Shown: positions 12,770-27,362, counted from the stretch's first letter. The stretch is 64,000 nucleotides of DNA from Octopus sinensis (GCF_006345805.1 NC_042998.1:191146001-191210000), one strand, 5' to 3'. Notes: generated by a model not told the origin, from the letters alone. Numbers and translations: made by a program.

Positions 12770-13059
12770 AACATGTGATATTATTGACCTAACATGCGAC
12801 ATTATTGACCGAGGTTACCGCGGTCTTTTCCCTAGGCTTTTCTTTCCACGGATAAACCTTATACGTTTCCCCCTTTACACTGTACATCATGACATTTCTG
12901 TGATACAGGATCCCTATTGATCATTTTTTTTTTACGATCCTTTTGATCGAAAACCTACCGCACTTCTTTTTTCTTTCTTCTTTGTTCTCCCTCAAAAGAA
13001 AAGCTCTACTTTGTAATTTGTCCCCTCTGTGTTCAGCCCTATGTTGCTAATAAAGAAGC
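12770..13059 (+). mobile_element. family I copy 2, between (CTAT)n arrays
   Basis: Homologous to 6737-6974, with a longer 5' end and a ~21-bp 5' duplication (AACATGYGAYATTATTGACC x2). Confidence 0.8.
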
Positions 13060-13134
13060 ATATCTATCTATCTGTCTGATAGATATCTATCTCACTGCCT
13101 GCATGTCTGCCTGTCTACCTGCCTGCCTGTGTGT

Positions 13135-13166
13135 CTAATCTATCCATCTATCTATCTATCTATCTG

Positions 13167-13249
<83 letters not shown>

Positions 13250-13254
13250 CTCTC

Positions 13255-13323
<69 letters not shown>

Positions 13324-13340
13324 ATATCCATCTATCTATG
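13135..13340. repeat. (CTAT)n microsatellite
   Basis: Direct inspection. Confidence 0.95.
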
Positions 13341-13679
13341 TAGTTAGCTATCTTTCTTTTACCGCTTCTGAATAATTATATAAGCGCATTAAATATATGT
13401 GCTGCAAAAGTACATGTACATGCTATGTTCTTGAGTGTAATGCTCGTGCACAAGTCGAATACCATTCATAGCATTAACAAATACCACGTAAATATATAAA
13501 ACGTATACACAAACAAAATTATAAGCTACAAAATATTTCACAAGTTCAAAAGTCATGTCCGAATATATGAATGCGATGATACTGAAAATAATTGTATCCG
13601 AACGATAGGATGTGATTCCTGTGTACTAAGTTTGTTAATATCTACACTCTATAACATGTGACGAATGCTATTTACTTCT

Positions 13680-13699
13680 GTATATATATATATATCTAT

Positions 13700-13752
<53 letters not shown>

Positions 13753-13776
13753 TATATATACGTATATTATATATAT

Positions 13777-13810
<34 letters not shown>

Positions 13811-13821
13811 CATATATGTGT

Positions 13822-13860
<39 letters not shown>

Positions 13861-14187
13861 GTATATATATATATATATATATTATATTATATATATATAT
13901 ATATATAAATACATATATATATATGTGTGTGTGTGTGTATGTATATATATATATGTATTGTATATATAATTATATATATATACGTATATATATATATAAT
14001 AACAATAATATTAGGGAGAATAACGCCAAACTTACAGGGAAAAATTCAATTTAGTATTAAATCAAATTTCACAGTATAGATATATAAAATATATTTAAAA
14101 AATGTTATATATTTATATTATTTGTTATTTATGCATAGGTTTATGTCTATCACTGTTGAGTTGCATAATAGTGGTTTTATCTATAAC

Positions 14188-14249
<62 letters not shown>

Positions 14250-14295
14250 ATTATATATATATAATATATATTATATATATATATTATATATATGT
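13680..14295. repeat. compound (AT)n/(GT)n microsatellite region with a short unique insert at about 14000-14195
   Basis: Direct inspection. Confidence 0.9.
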
Positions 14296-16119
14296 GTTTG
14301 TGTGTATGTGTTTGTGTGTGTGATGTGTCTGTGTGTATGCGTGCGTTTATGTATATATGTATGCAAGCATGTATATGTGTGTAATTTTTTTTTTCTGTTG
14401 TAATTTTATATATGACATTTTTATGCAAATGATTACACTTAAATTAAAGCAACCAAATCTTTTTGAGAGAAATCTCGTGTTATTCAAAACTTTTAAAGTC
14501 TTTCATGAAAATAAAAGCATTTGTATATATTATTAAGAAAACAGATTTCGTGTTTTATCTGGAATGAAAATATGATATTTTAGCCTTTGAAATAAAATGG
14601 AATATGGATAACATCAAATAAATCATTATCGAAAACAAAAGAAAATATGATACATTCAAAGTAACTCACGTTTGCGTGTCTGTGCGTGTAAGTTTTTCTG
14701 AGCGTGTCTGTATGTGTGTGTGTGTGTATGCGTGTGTATGTGTGTGTATGTGTGTATTTGTATGTTTGTTCATGTGCATAAATAAACGAATAAAATTAAA
14801 ATATAATTATAAGAAAATAAATTCATGTACATGATAATCTTTCAAAGAAATGTATGCTAGATTTCAGAAGAGGCGCACTTATATTCTGGTGTGTATGACC
14901 ACCATGAGGTATTGAACGAAAAACTGAGAAGAAATTTTGAAAATATATGTTGCAAATACTTAGAAACACAGCTTGAAGCAAAGAATTAGCCATGAAAAAT
15001 ATTCGAAAGTTTTATTAGTAATTTATAGAGTTCTTCTGCAGCTTTAGAGAAAACGAATTTCGTTTTCATTTATAAGTAATTAATTTCGAATATAAATCTA
15101 TATGTCTTTACGAAATTTAATCCAGAACAAACAATTTTTATAAACTGTTTCAAAAAAGGATATGTGAGCGTAAACAAATTTATATTTCTCAGTTGAAATA
15201 TTAGATATTACAAATCTATTTTAATATTTTGGTATCGAAATTTGCCGGAAAAGCTCAGTGTGCCTCCATCCAGTAAGAGATAGAAGATTTCGACTTGAGA
15301 CAAACATATACGTTTATGAGACAAGGAACAAATGAAAAACGAATGACAGATGAAATTTGAAGTTTCCCTATCGTAATTAAGCGAGGGAATAATAAAGCGA
15401 TTTACTTCGTATAACGAAAACAATGTAATATTAAAATATTATTGGAATCAGTAATTAAATTAATGAGAGTTTCTGATTATTAAGGTCATAAATAAGTATA
15501 CTTTAAGGCCCATTTTTAGGTAAGCTAAAATATGTTAATATTAAAATATTTTATATGTAAATATTAATAAATAAATTACTATTCATCTTAATACCATTCC
15601 AAATGCTTTTGTTGAAGCTAATATTACCACATACTTGTTTTTGCAAATAATTTAATATGATTTATGCAAAAGAATATAGACTGCAATCAAGACAATGCCT
15701 TTAAAAATATGAGATATTCTATATATGTGTGTATGTTGAATCAGAGCAAGATGTTTCCATGTTAGATGTTCTACTGGAATTATCATCAATTTTAATTTCA
15801 GATCAGGCAAAATCTTTGTAGATTATCATCGTCAGAGACATATATTTTCTTTCCGGACTTGAGGTTACATGTCAGCGTGCATTCTCATGAAATGCTATTG
15901 GATAAAGTCTTTGGAAAGAATAATTAAGAATATAGTAATTAAGCAAATTATCTTATGTATTAGGCAATATATTTTCTTCATTATTAAATATATACTTACA
16001 ATTGAGGCATATTGAAATGATTTTTTGCAAAATGCTATAATTATTCATTTTCAATTTGCTTAAGTACTCAACTTCATTCAGAATATTTTAGAGATGCTAT
16101 ATAACTTTTAAAAGTAATC

Positions 16120-16166
16120 TTTTCTACTTTAGGCACAAAGTCCGAAAGTTTTGGGGAGGGGGCCAA
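16120..16166 (-). mobile_element. isolated tail type 2 of SINE family A
   Basis: Reverse complement CCCCTCCCCAAAACTTTCGGACTTTGTGCCTAAAGTAGAAAA matches the tails at about 21455-21495 and 21660-21700. Confidence 0.6.
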
Positions 16167-19139
16167 AATATCCATACATACTAATATCTTCATCCTTATA
16201 GTGTATAGTTGCACTTATTATATTGCAGTAAAATTCGCTCTATTAAATCTGTGATCTGGATTAGGTGCCTTCTTGACTCGTGTATACATTTCCTAGTTTG
16301 AATACGAAATAGCAATTATTATTTCTAATTTAAGACTAGTAATGTTCTTTTTCATTGTCATCTATCTCGTACACAATGCTATTCAATGATGTTCTTTTCT
16401 TTTACACCTCTGTGCGCTGAGATAGGTTCATAAGGTAAACATTTATGTCTATCTTTATTAAATTTGTTGTTATTCTAATTTTGTCTTTATCATTTATCTA
16501 ACACTGCAGAACATGGACGAAAGTAACAACCTTTATTAATCGAAATACATGAAACGTCTACTACTGCTATTGTAGAAGTACATTTATATGTGTCAATGGC
16601 TAAGGTATAATCATTAAATTCAACCCATTTAGCGATATTATCTCCTGGAACTTGGCCGAGAAAAAGAAAGCAATGGCTAGCGGACATATTTAGTGGTAGA
16701 TTGACGTTTTGAATTATTATAAATTATTATTGTAATAATATTAAAATATTAGTTTTAACCGTATATAATATATGTTAGAAAATCAATGAGATATACTAAA
16801 AACAATGCCATGTCTGACGATCACCTTTAATTTTAATAAATCTAATTTCATGATATAATGACTGGGTGAAATATTCCAGGAATGGATTCTGCAGGAGTAG
16901 CATTCTAGCAATCAGCTAGAAACTTGTAAGACGATGCTTCGCTTTGGACTTCTTAGGAATAAACATGTTCGGCTTCTTTATTTCATTCAAATATCGGGAT
17001 TTTCTCCTCTGACTGGGTTAACTAGACTTAAGCTTTAAGGCTGGCTTGGTTTGTTTCATCTTGATGTGCGTGTGCAAATTTAATCAATTAAATTTACTTG
17101 AATTTAACTAATTAAATATACTTACTCATTTCATTGTGTATGATGGCATGGACGTTACTAATTCTTAATAGAATGTATTATATCATATGTAGGAGATAAT
17201 TAATAATGGAAACAATTACACTAACCAAGTGACATCCAATTATTATCGATGTGATTGGCAAGTGTGTGCATGGAGTTTAATGAAATAATGACAACAGATA
17301 TGAACATATACAAGGTGACCAAACTTCACTGGATGATGATATTGGCGGGGATTTTCGAAAATCTTCTGTGATCCTATCGTTTTTTGTTGAAGAATTAAAC
17401 AAAACCGTTAATAGTTAAAATAGCTAGAGAAGAAAAGCACTAACACCATCGGGATAATTCCAGTCCAGCACATTCGAATTGCAATCACAGCTACAATGAA
17501 CCGATGCGAAAACTGCGTCGAAATATGGAGAATCCCACGCGCTGATGTTACTTGCTACTAACGATCAACACTCATCAGTTAAGTCATGGTCACCCTGTAA
17601 TGATACAAAAGCATCGGTTAAGACGTAGAAGTAGTTGCAATAGATGTGCACACTAGTAAAGAATTTCAATAGAAAAATCTAATACGGAAGATTAGCATCT
17701 ACATTACTACATTGTACTACCCCGCCGCCCTTGTAGAATTGAACGCAGTTTTACTCTAAAGATTACTGAAGCCTAACAGTTTAGTCTATGAAGTACTTTC
17801 GGAAAAAAACATAATTGTTTTATTAAAGAAATGTTTAGTTTTTAATATTAATTTACTTCAAAATTACGATTATATATTTGTTTTATTAGAATCATATTTT
17901 AATTTATATATATCTTGCTAATAAGAGATATAACGCGATTTATTAAATTAGTATAATTAGATATAGAGTAACTTAGTATTTACCGAAAACTCAATTAAGA
18001 AAATGGGAAGTTTATGTGGAAGGATATTATTTTAAACGAACTAATTTCTGTTGGAAATAATTTCACGGAAATGGTAACCTTAAATTGTTCTCTAATCTGC
18101 TTTTGTTCGGCTTATAATACACTTTTAGTTTCTATCCTGTCTATCAAGTATGAATAGTTTATCTTCAAGACAATTTTAAATTATTTTGTTTTGTAAAACG
18201 AAAAAGGAATTGATCGAAATTAAGCGCTGATGCACATTCTAAATCATAGTTTTTATCAGATTTTTCTCTAATTGTTTACGGAAAGATAGAAATATTAAAG
18301 ATTACACAGTTATTCCTGTGTTTCGTAAGACACACGAGTTAGCAGGACTCATCACACTGTGAATTGCTATTGAATCGTAATTCATCGTCACAATTCTCCA
18401 TTCTTTCATATTTGACTTATATGGAATTGATATGTTTGCACACATATATAGCCAAATATAATTTACAACCTTTTCTTGTAAGCTATATTTTCGCTGTTGC
18501 TGTCACTCAATAATATGAAATTCCTTTTCTGTCACTTTTGAATCGTATATTTCAAACATACACTAAATTATGAGATGAAATAACGAAGTAAACACTCGTC
18601 AAAATTTCATGTGAAGAGAGCCTCTGATAAAGTCTTGATTATTGCGTTAATGTCCTTTTGAAGTCTGAATATATGGTGTCATTAAACGCTGCATCATTTT
18701 AATTAAACAGGAAATAGTATTTCAAATTAATGCATGCACCTCTTGAACTAACATTTACTTGGTGTCATATAAGAATAATTTCATTTCAAGTTTCATATAT
18801 CTTCATCGGCGAAATACGACGCTGCTGCCTTTTATTCGTTCTCTATTTTTTCTGTCAACAGCACAAAAACAAAAGAGAAATGCCAAAGTGCCGAGGGATG
18901 AAAAATTGTTAAACGCAACCGACTACAAAAGTACACAATGTTGTTTCACCTTAGTTCTAGCGTTTCAATTATATTATATTAGACGGATAATTTATATCAT
19001 AAATCGTCGGATGATATTTTCTATCATCAATTACGAAACATAGATATTGTTTGTACTAGTAATTTTCACAGACTGGATTCAATGAAAGATCGGACTTCCC
19101 ACTATTTAAAGGAATTCAAGTATTTCGGAATAACACACA

Positions 19140-19140
19140 T

Positions 19141-19185
<45 letters not shown>

Positions 19186-19215
19186 CACGCACACACACAC
19201 ACATACACACGCACG

Positions 19216-19273
<58 letters not shown>

Positions 19274-19315
19274 ACACACACACACGCGCACGCACACACA
19301 CGCACACACACGTGT
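19140..19315. repeat. (CA)n microsatellite with CG interruptions
   Basis: Direct inspection. Confidence 0.95.
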
Positions 19316-19351
19316 GTAAGTATTCGTTTATGACTATATATTCTTATACTT

Positions 19352-19633
19352 GTTTCAGTCATTTAAGTGCGACCAAGCTGGGGCACCGTCTCGGGGCATT
19401 TTTTAGTCGAACAAATCAATCCCAGGACTTATTTATTAAACCTAGGACATTATTATATCATTCTCCTTTGGCGAACCGCTATTTTACGGGGACGTAAAAA
19501 CACCAACACCGGTTGTCAAGCAGTGATGGGGACAAACAGAGACACAAAGACACATATACATACATACACACATACAAGCATACATACATGCATACAAACA
19601 CACACACATATGTACACACACACTATACACACA

Positions 19634-19685
<52 letters not shown>

Positions 19686-19825
19686 CACGGCGGGCCTCTA
19701 ATTTCCGTCTACCAAATCGACTCACAGGCTATGGTATAAGACACTTGCCCAAAGTGCCATGCTGTGGGACTGAAACCGGGGCCATGTAGATGGGAAGCAA
19801 TCTGCTTACCACACTGCTGCGCCTG
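19352..19825 (-). mobile_element. tRNA/CORE-like SINE family F with internal microsatellite
   Basis: Minus-strand head, then GGCACTTTGGGCAAGTGTCTT (CORE-like), an internal (TA)/(TG)n block and tail ..AAATGACTGAAACAAGTA; homologous to 34645-35057 and 48748-49180. Confidence 0.85.
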
Positions 19826-20344
19826 CTTGTTCTTGTATATATATATATGAATATATGAATAAAAAATATATGTATAAGGTGTAGTATATTTGATCTTTGA
19901 TAAAAAATGTTTAATGTAAACATCCAGAATATATTCACATATTTATAAGCTTTATTGTAAGGTTTTTTTTTTATATCAGTAGTGCTTATATTCATTTTAA
20001 ATAACGAAGTTTATATCAGTACAATCGCTCTTCACTAATATATTTGGACAATCCTTTTTTCAACGTTTATGACTTATGTTCAGTATATATAATGGTGCAT
20101 CATATATATGGATTGCGCCGTATACATGTTATACAGAATGATTTTAGTAATTCTGACATGCTCGATGGATTTGGTATATTGTAGCCCATCAATTACGAGT
20201 AGATAGCAGGAACTGCGCTACTGTAGTCATCGATGGAAATGCATACATCCGTATTGGAAATAATCAATATTTTGATAGTTTTTTTACCGTTCTTTGAGGG
20301 TTGATATCGATATATGTATGTCTGCGTTTATGAGTGTGCATGTA

Positions 20345-20545
20345 TATACATAGATACATATATACATACATACATACTACATACATACATACATACATAC
20401 ATACTACATACATACATACATACATAGATATATACACACATGCATATACGCACACAAACACAAACACACACACGCACGCACACACACACACATACATACA
20501 TACATACATACATACATACATACATACATACATACACAAATGTAT
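20345..20545. repeat. (TACA)n/(CA)n compound microsatellite
   Basis: Direct inspection. Confidence 0.95.
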
Positions 20546-21077
20546 ATATATATATGTGTGTGTTTGTGTATATGAATATGTATATATACATATGTATGTA
20601 AGCGTATCTGTAGAGTAAATATGTCCATGTATGACTGCATGAGAAATCAAGCGAATTTTGATACATATCAATGTGCAGATGCTTATATCATATGAGAAAA
20701 AGACCCCCGGTACATCTATAAACGATAAAAATATGTTTGTACTAAATGAAATGTTAAAAATATTCAGTTATAGAACAAATTTGTTTTATTTTATGTACAG
20801 CTTAGACATGCTAAAGCATTAAAGACACATTTGATGAGAATTCGAGAGAAACTTTCTAAATTTAGAAACCATTATATTCGGCTCATCTGGACAATGAGAT
20901 TATATGGCGACAAACGTACAACTCTGTTGTTTAAAAGACTATTTGGACAATAAATAGTTTAATCTCTCAAAGTAGCACTTCTGAATATTTTATGCGTTCC
21001 TGACTGACATTTTAACACCTACAGCAAGAGAATAGCGGTGTACATCATTCTTTAGTCAATTTCGGTTTTGTTTTCAC

Positions 21078-21703
21078 GGCTGTGAGCTGGCAGAAACGTT
21101 AGCACACCGGGCAAAATGCTTAGCGGTATTTCGTCTGCCGTTACGTTCTGAGTTCAAATTCCGCTAATGTCGACTTTGGGTTTCATCCTTCCGGGGTCGA
21201 TAAATTAAGTACTAGTTACGATGTAATCGACATAATCCCTTTGTCTATCCTTGTTTGTCCCCTCTATGTTTAGCCCCTTCTGGGCAATAAAGAAATAAGA
21301 AACATTAGCACGCCAGGCGAAATGTCTAGCGGTATTTCATGTCTTTACGTTCTGAGTTCAAATTCCGCCGAGGTCGACTTTGCATCTCATCATTTTGGGA
21401 TCGATAAATTAAGTACCAGTTGCGTACTGGGGTCAATGTAATCGACTGGACTCTCCCCCCAAATTTTGGGCCTTGTGTCTAGAGCGGAAAAGAATATTTT
21501 TAAAAAGGCGATGAACCGGCAGAATCATTAGCACGCCGGATGAAATGCTTAGCGGTACTTCGCCCGTCGTAACGTTCTGAGTTCAAATTCTGCCGAGGTC
21601 GACTTCGCCTTTCATCTTTTTGGGATCAATAAAACAAGTACCAGTTGCGTCGACTGTCCCCCTCCCCCAAAATTTCGGGCATTGTGCCTAGAGCAGAAAA
21701 GAG
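21078..21703 (+). mobile_element. SINE family A array of three units with two different tails
   Basis: Unit 1 has tail 1 (..GGGCAATAAAGAAATAAG). Unit 2 starts at GAAACATTAGCACGCC and has tail 2 (CCCCCAAATTTTGGGCCTTGTGTCTAGAG). Unit 3 has a head plus tail 2. Confidence 0.85.
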
Positions 21704-21849
21704 TTCCGGTTTTGTTTTTCTATTCTTGAAAACAATCCAAGTGCGCTCGTGAAGATATTTTCTTGTATCTTCCTCCCTCCGCAACATTTCCTTCCCTCTC
21801 TCTTTATGTATACATTTAAACATATAACTACGTATATATACAAGCACGT

Positions 21850-21899
<50 letters not shown>

Positions 21900-22097
21900 C
21901 GTTTAAATATTTGTTGTGCAAGATTTTTTATGTGAAGTCGTGTGTTGAAACAGATATTGTTATATTTCGGAATGGTCATATTGCCAGTTTAGCCAATATC
22001 ACTGAAGCAAAATAACACCAAATATATAGTGCGTGTGTTTTTATTGGCTAAACTGGCAAATGACCATTCCGAAATATAACAATATATATATATATGT

Positions 22098-22145
<48 letters not shown>

Positions 22146-22246
22146 GTATATATCTATATATATATAAGGATAAAAATCACGTATATATATATATATATAT
22201 CTAATATATATGTATATATATATATATATATAAGGATAAAAATCAC

Positions 22247-22287
<41 letters not shown>

Positions 22288-22289
<2 letters not shown>

Positions 22290-22546
22290 CAAAATAAGGA
22301 TATCAAGAGGTGATGCAGTACGACCGTTTCAAGCGGATCCATTTAATTGAGCAACACAATCATTACATCAGCTTAAAGGCAGAGCTATCCTCAGCTTCAT
22401 AAATTAATCGGAAACATTAATATCATTTTACTCAAAGACTCTAATATTTATGCAGCTGAAGATAGCCCTGCTTTGTTCAATTAATTAGAGCCACTTGAAA
22501 CGGTCGTACGGCATCGGCCCTTGATATCCTGTTGCTTATCTTGATT
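22288..22546. mobile_element. fold-back pair of hammerhead-bearing pLTR-like fragments (family HH-7)
   Basis: Outer arms AGGATATCAAG..GATGC.GTACGACCGTTTCAAG at 22298-22333 and 22494-22530 are reverse complements, as are the inner arms 22376-22405 and 22444-22474. Cores are CUGAGGA (minus, 22394-22388) and CUGAAGA (plus, 22456-22462), each followed by GAAAC GGUC GUA. Confidence 0.7.
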
Positions 22547-22653
22547 TTCGTCACCTTACTTTTGGTTGTACAGATAATACCACACTGATTTGGTGCTTCA
22601 ACTTAAGTACCTAATTCATCTGAAACACAAATATATATATATGCATATGTGTG

Positions 22654-22972
22654 TGAAGGCGTGTGGTTTAGTGATTTTGGCATTCAGCTCACGGTCGTGA
22701 GCTCAATTCCCGGCGACGCGTTGTGCCCTTGAGCAGGTCACTTTATTTCACGTTGCTCCAGTCCACTCAGCTGGCAAAACTAAGTAGTACCTATATTTGA
22801 AAGGACCGGCCTTGTCACAATTTGTGTCACGCTGAATATTCCTGAGAATTACGTTAAGGGTACACGTGTTTGCGGAGTGCTCAGCCATTTGCACGTTAAT
22901 TTCACGAGCAAGCTGTCAGTTCTGTTGATCGTATCAGCTGGGACCCTTTTTGTCATAACCGACGGACTGTTC
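22654..22972 (+). mobile_element. SINE with tRNA head + CORE-like domain + tail C (family B)
   Basis: TGTGCCCTTGAGCAGGTCACTTTATTTCACGTTGCTCCAGTCCACTCAGCTG is shared with family D; the 3' ~170 bp is shared with 7665-7845. Confidence 0.85.
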
Positions 22973-22994
22973 CTTTGTATATATGTATATATAT

Positions 22995-23409
<415 letters not shown>

Positions 23410-23446
23410 TTATATATATATATATATATATAATATAATCTATATA

Positions 23447-23602
23447 TGGGGGAGGAGAATTCACGAAAGAAACAAAAGACAAAGACAGGTGGTGTAGAAA
23501 ATAAACAGATGTATTAGTATAACGCCTGGGAATTGAAAAAAGTCTTTTGTTTCGAGCCTACGCTCTTCCACAGAAAGGAACACAGAAAGAAACATGGAGG
23601 AA

Positions 23603-23603
<1 letters not shown>
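23447..23603 (-). mobile_element. family HH-2, copy 2 (tandem)
   Basis: Near-identical to 23153-23305, separated from it by (TA)n. Confidence 0.6.
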
Positions 23604-23639
<36 letters not shown>

Positions 23640-24002
23640 ATATATATATATGCATACACACACGTTACACCACGTACACACACATACGTATACTTACAGA
23701 CAGTGTGAAAAGAGTTCTATTCTTGATACTTAAAAAAATTCTAACTGTAGATACTCAAAATTTCTCAATGAATCATAGAAATGCCACTGTATTTATGCCC
23801 AAGGATATATACAAACAGATATAGACGCATACATACATGTATCCATACATAAATGCATACGTACATATATACATACATATACTGTATGGAATTGAACAAG
23901 CAAAACCAACACGAGAGCCTGGGAGACAAGTTCTAAATAATATTGTCTTAGTTTAACGCTTAGAGAGCAAGATAAATAATCTCAACGCTTTGGATGCTAG
24001 TC

Positions 24003-24087
24003 GTTTGTCAGACGGAAAGTATAGAAGGAAAGTACGAGAGGGGTTTGTCAGACGAAAATTATTGAAGGTAAGTACGAGAGGGGTTTG
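24003..24087. repeat. 40-bp tandem duplication
   Basis: GTTTGTCAGACG..AAGTACGAGAGGG starts at 24003 and 24043, with a partial third copy at 24083. Confidence 0.85.
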
Positions 24088-25066
24088 AAAGAGGGGAAAT
24101 GTTGAAAAAGGCAAGGCTGGAAGGCTGTCCTATGAAGGGAGCTAAGAAGGGTGAAGGAGCAGCGTGCATGTTTGTATGAGCACATATAGGTGTGCATCGG
24201 AATTTTGCTATGAATATATACGGGGAGTACTCTTGGTGTATTTGCGTTGTTTTATGCTATGTGTGAAAATGTGTAAAAGTGTGGAAGTACCGAAGTATAT
24301 AGTGACGTGGTTTAGTGAAATTGTCAGATGTAGGTGTGTATATGAAACCGTTTTGTGTTCAAGAAAAGCTCGGAAATGTGGGGATGTGATAGAAGTGTAT
24401 GTAAGTGTATGTTTGTGAGAAGTTTTAATGCGGAAGACAGTATTGAACAAAAGAGGAGGACTAGAACAATACAACACTGTTGCAAGATAAACTGTGGCAC
24501 TAAAAATTAGAGAGACACGTGAAAGGGCAAAAGAAATAGGTGAAAGTTGAACTTAAATTGCTTAAGTACAAGAGAGAAGAATAGAAAAAAGGAGAATTTG
24601 AAAAAACAATGAACAGATGAGTTCAGAGAAAGAGAAACAGAGAGGAGGAGAGGAAGGGGAGAGAGAGATAGAGGTAGTAAGAGAGGGGGAGAGGGATAGA
24701 GACAGGGAGGACGGTGAAATAATTTAGAGAGAATTAAGACAAACTTGTAGAAAAATTGATGAGGAAATTGGAGAAATTTTAAGAGAAGAATTAAATGAAA
24801 ATAACTGAAATAAAACGCCGATAAAATTTAATTAAATAAAAACATGATACTGGTGAAAATTTCCGGGATGTACTCAAGTGGTGCACAAAGTCCGAGGAGG
24901 TACAAATGCTTGCAATACGGTGAGGAGCAGATAAACGAAAAGTAGCAAGCTAATGCACTTGAAAGGCAAATATAAATATGTAAGCTCGAGATGGAGGTTT
25001 AAGCATTTATAACGCTAGGTAGGGGTAAAGATATATATATATGTGTTTATACAGACGTGACAGTAA

Positions 25067-25113
<47 letters not shown>

Positions 25114-25291
25114 CACACACATGTATATATCCGTTTGTCTGAAGTTGTGAGAGTCCAGAGTCAGAAACTTTCCGAGTGTCAAGAAGTAAATCAATTTTAT
25201 TACATGAAAAAAAAAAACGTACGTGTGTATGCATATAAACATACGTATATATATATATATACGAATAAACAGACATACAAATGTTTCAATG

Positions 25292-25354
<63 letters not shown>

Positions 25355-25638
25355 ATGTGTATACATATACATATATGTATCTATGTATGCATATAGACAT
25401 ATAAATTTCACCCACCGCGCAAACATGCACGCACATATCTCTGTCTCCGTCTCTCTGACTATTTGTGTGTCTGTCTTATGCACTCATGTGTATCAGCATG
25501 GCTAAATAACCATTTATTTCAGAATTAAATGAAGGGCCTGAAGTGACATGATAAATGCCTTGGCACGAAACACCGTGCTCCTTAGTTACACAGGACTGGT
25601 TCTCAGCTCATCTATCAATCTATCTATCTATCTATCTA

Positions 25639-25723
<85 letters not shown>

Positions 25724-25839
25724 GAGTCTGTCTGTCTGTCTCTCTGTCTGTCTCTCTGTCTGTCTGTTTGTCTCTCTCCCTATATAGATATATACTCTGG
25801 TCTGGGAATTCAGTTCTATTGTTACAGTTTGTAAAAAAT

Positions 25840-25902
<63 letters not shown>

Positions 25903-26861
25903 ATACGCGCACACTCACAAACACAATATAGTGCAAACAAGTGTGTATTTGTTCGTATGTACATGAGTTCATATTGTCTGTTAGAACACCAGAGTTTGTT
26001 CCAAAAGTGGTTAGAATATTAATCTTTCCAAAAATAATTATTAAGATGTATTTTTCCCTCTATAATATAATAAGAAAAAGAGCGTAAATAGAATTTAGTT
26101 AAAAAAATGATAGTAAAATAAATTCAAACAGAGAATATAACCTGAAGGCCTCCCATTCTATTAAAATTTTTCTATTTAGTTTTCTTCTATTATTGATATT
26201 ATCTCGTTTAGATCCATTTTTGTGTTGAGAACAATGGCTGCGTCTTCAAGGTAAATCTTGCCATAGTTACTTATACATACCATCGATGTAACTCGGTGGT
26301 ATTTGTTTTCAAGTCAACATTACATCTGTGTTACACATTCCAATGAGTCAGCGAAAACAGAGATGCTTTTACGAGTGAACTAAATAGCAGCCATATTTGT
26401 CGCAATTTGCAACTCAACGTATGAGATAACGAAATATTTTAGAGAACACCAATATGGTCATAGTTACAACAGCTTCGATTATGTCTCCTCGGCCGGAATG
26501 GAGCTGGAGTTAAACAAGAAATGCCACACAAACAGAGCATATCATTCGATTATAAGGTTGTTTTTTTTTTACTAATTCCTGACTCTGACACGAACTGCAT
26601 ATTTAGAACAAAGTCTAGTCCATTTAGTTTGATCCAATACTTGACTAGTACTTTATTGATTCTAGTATAACAAGAAGCACGTTCGCCTTTATACATATTT
26701 GAATACATAATTTAGACTAGCAACTAAACAAAACAATGGAAGGTATTCTGCACGATGCTCCATCGATTCCGCAAATCAAGGACAAATAATGAAGCCATTC
26801 TTTTCTACATTATTCCCTTCAAGATATATTTTTATGATAAATGTATAGAATATGGATACTC

Positions 26862-26900
<39 letters not shown>

Positions 26901-26904
<4 letters not shown>

Positions 26905-27213
26905 CACCGTGATATCACCGTGATCGACCAGACTATCAGATGTTGCTACATATCGCTGGTCACAATGCGTTTCGCATTGTTTTTTAGCCTACAAATGACG
27001 CCACCACGCTGGCTAAGCGAGCAGGCCAACAGAAGAAAGAGTTAGAGAAAGTTGTGGCGAAAGAGTTCAGCAGGGATCGCCACCACCCCTGCCAGAGCCT
27101 CGTGGAGCTTTAGGTGTTTTCGCTCAATAAACACTCACAACGCCCGTCTGAGAATCGAACCCGCGATCCTACGACTGCAAGTCGGCTGCCCTTACCACTG
27201 GGCCATTGCACCT
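26901..27213 (-). mobile_element. SINE family C head/body with tail E
   Basis: Head and body match 7465-7650; the tail matches 5537-5660. Confidence 0.85.
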
Positions 27214-27258
<45 letters not shown>

Positions 27259-27286
27259 CATACATACATATATATATATATATTAT

Positions 27287-27330
<44 letters not shown>

Positions 27331-27331
27331 C

Positions 27332-27362
<31 letters not shown>

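Noticed and set aside
15790-15845. CTGACGA..GAAA on the minus strand
   Set aside because: No credible stem I or stem II. Other lone CTGATGA hits (8026, 11638, 47072, 17575) also lack the fold.
24100-24800. Purine-rich stretch with long open frames
   Set aside because: Low-complexity composition explains the frames; no motif recognised.
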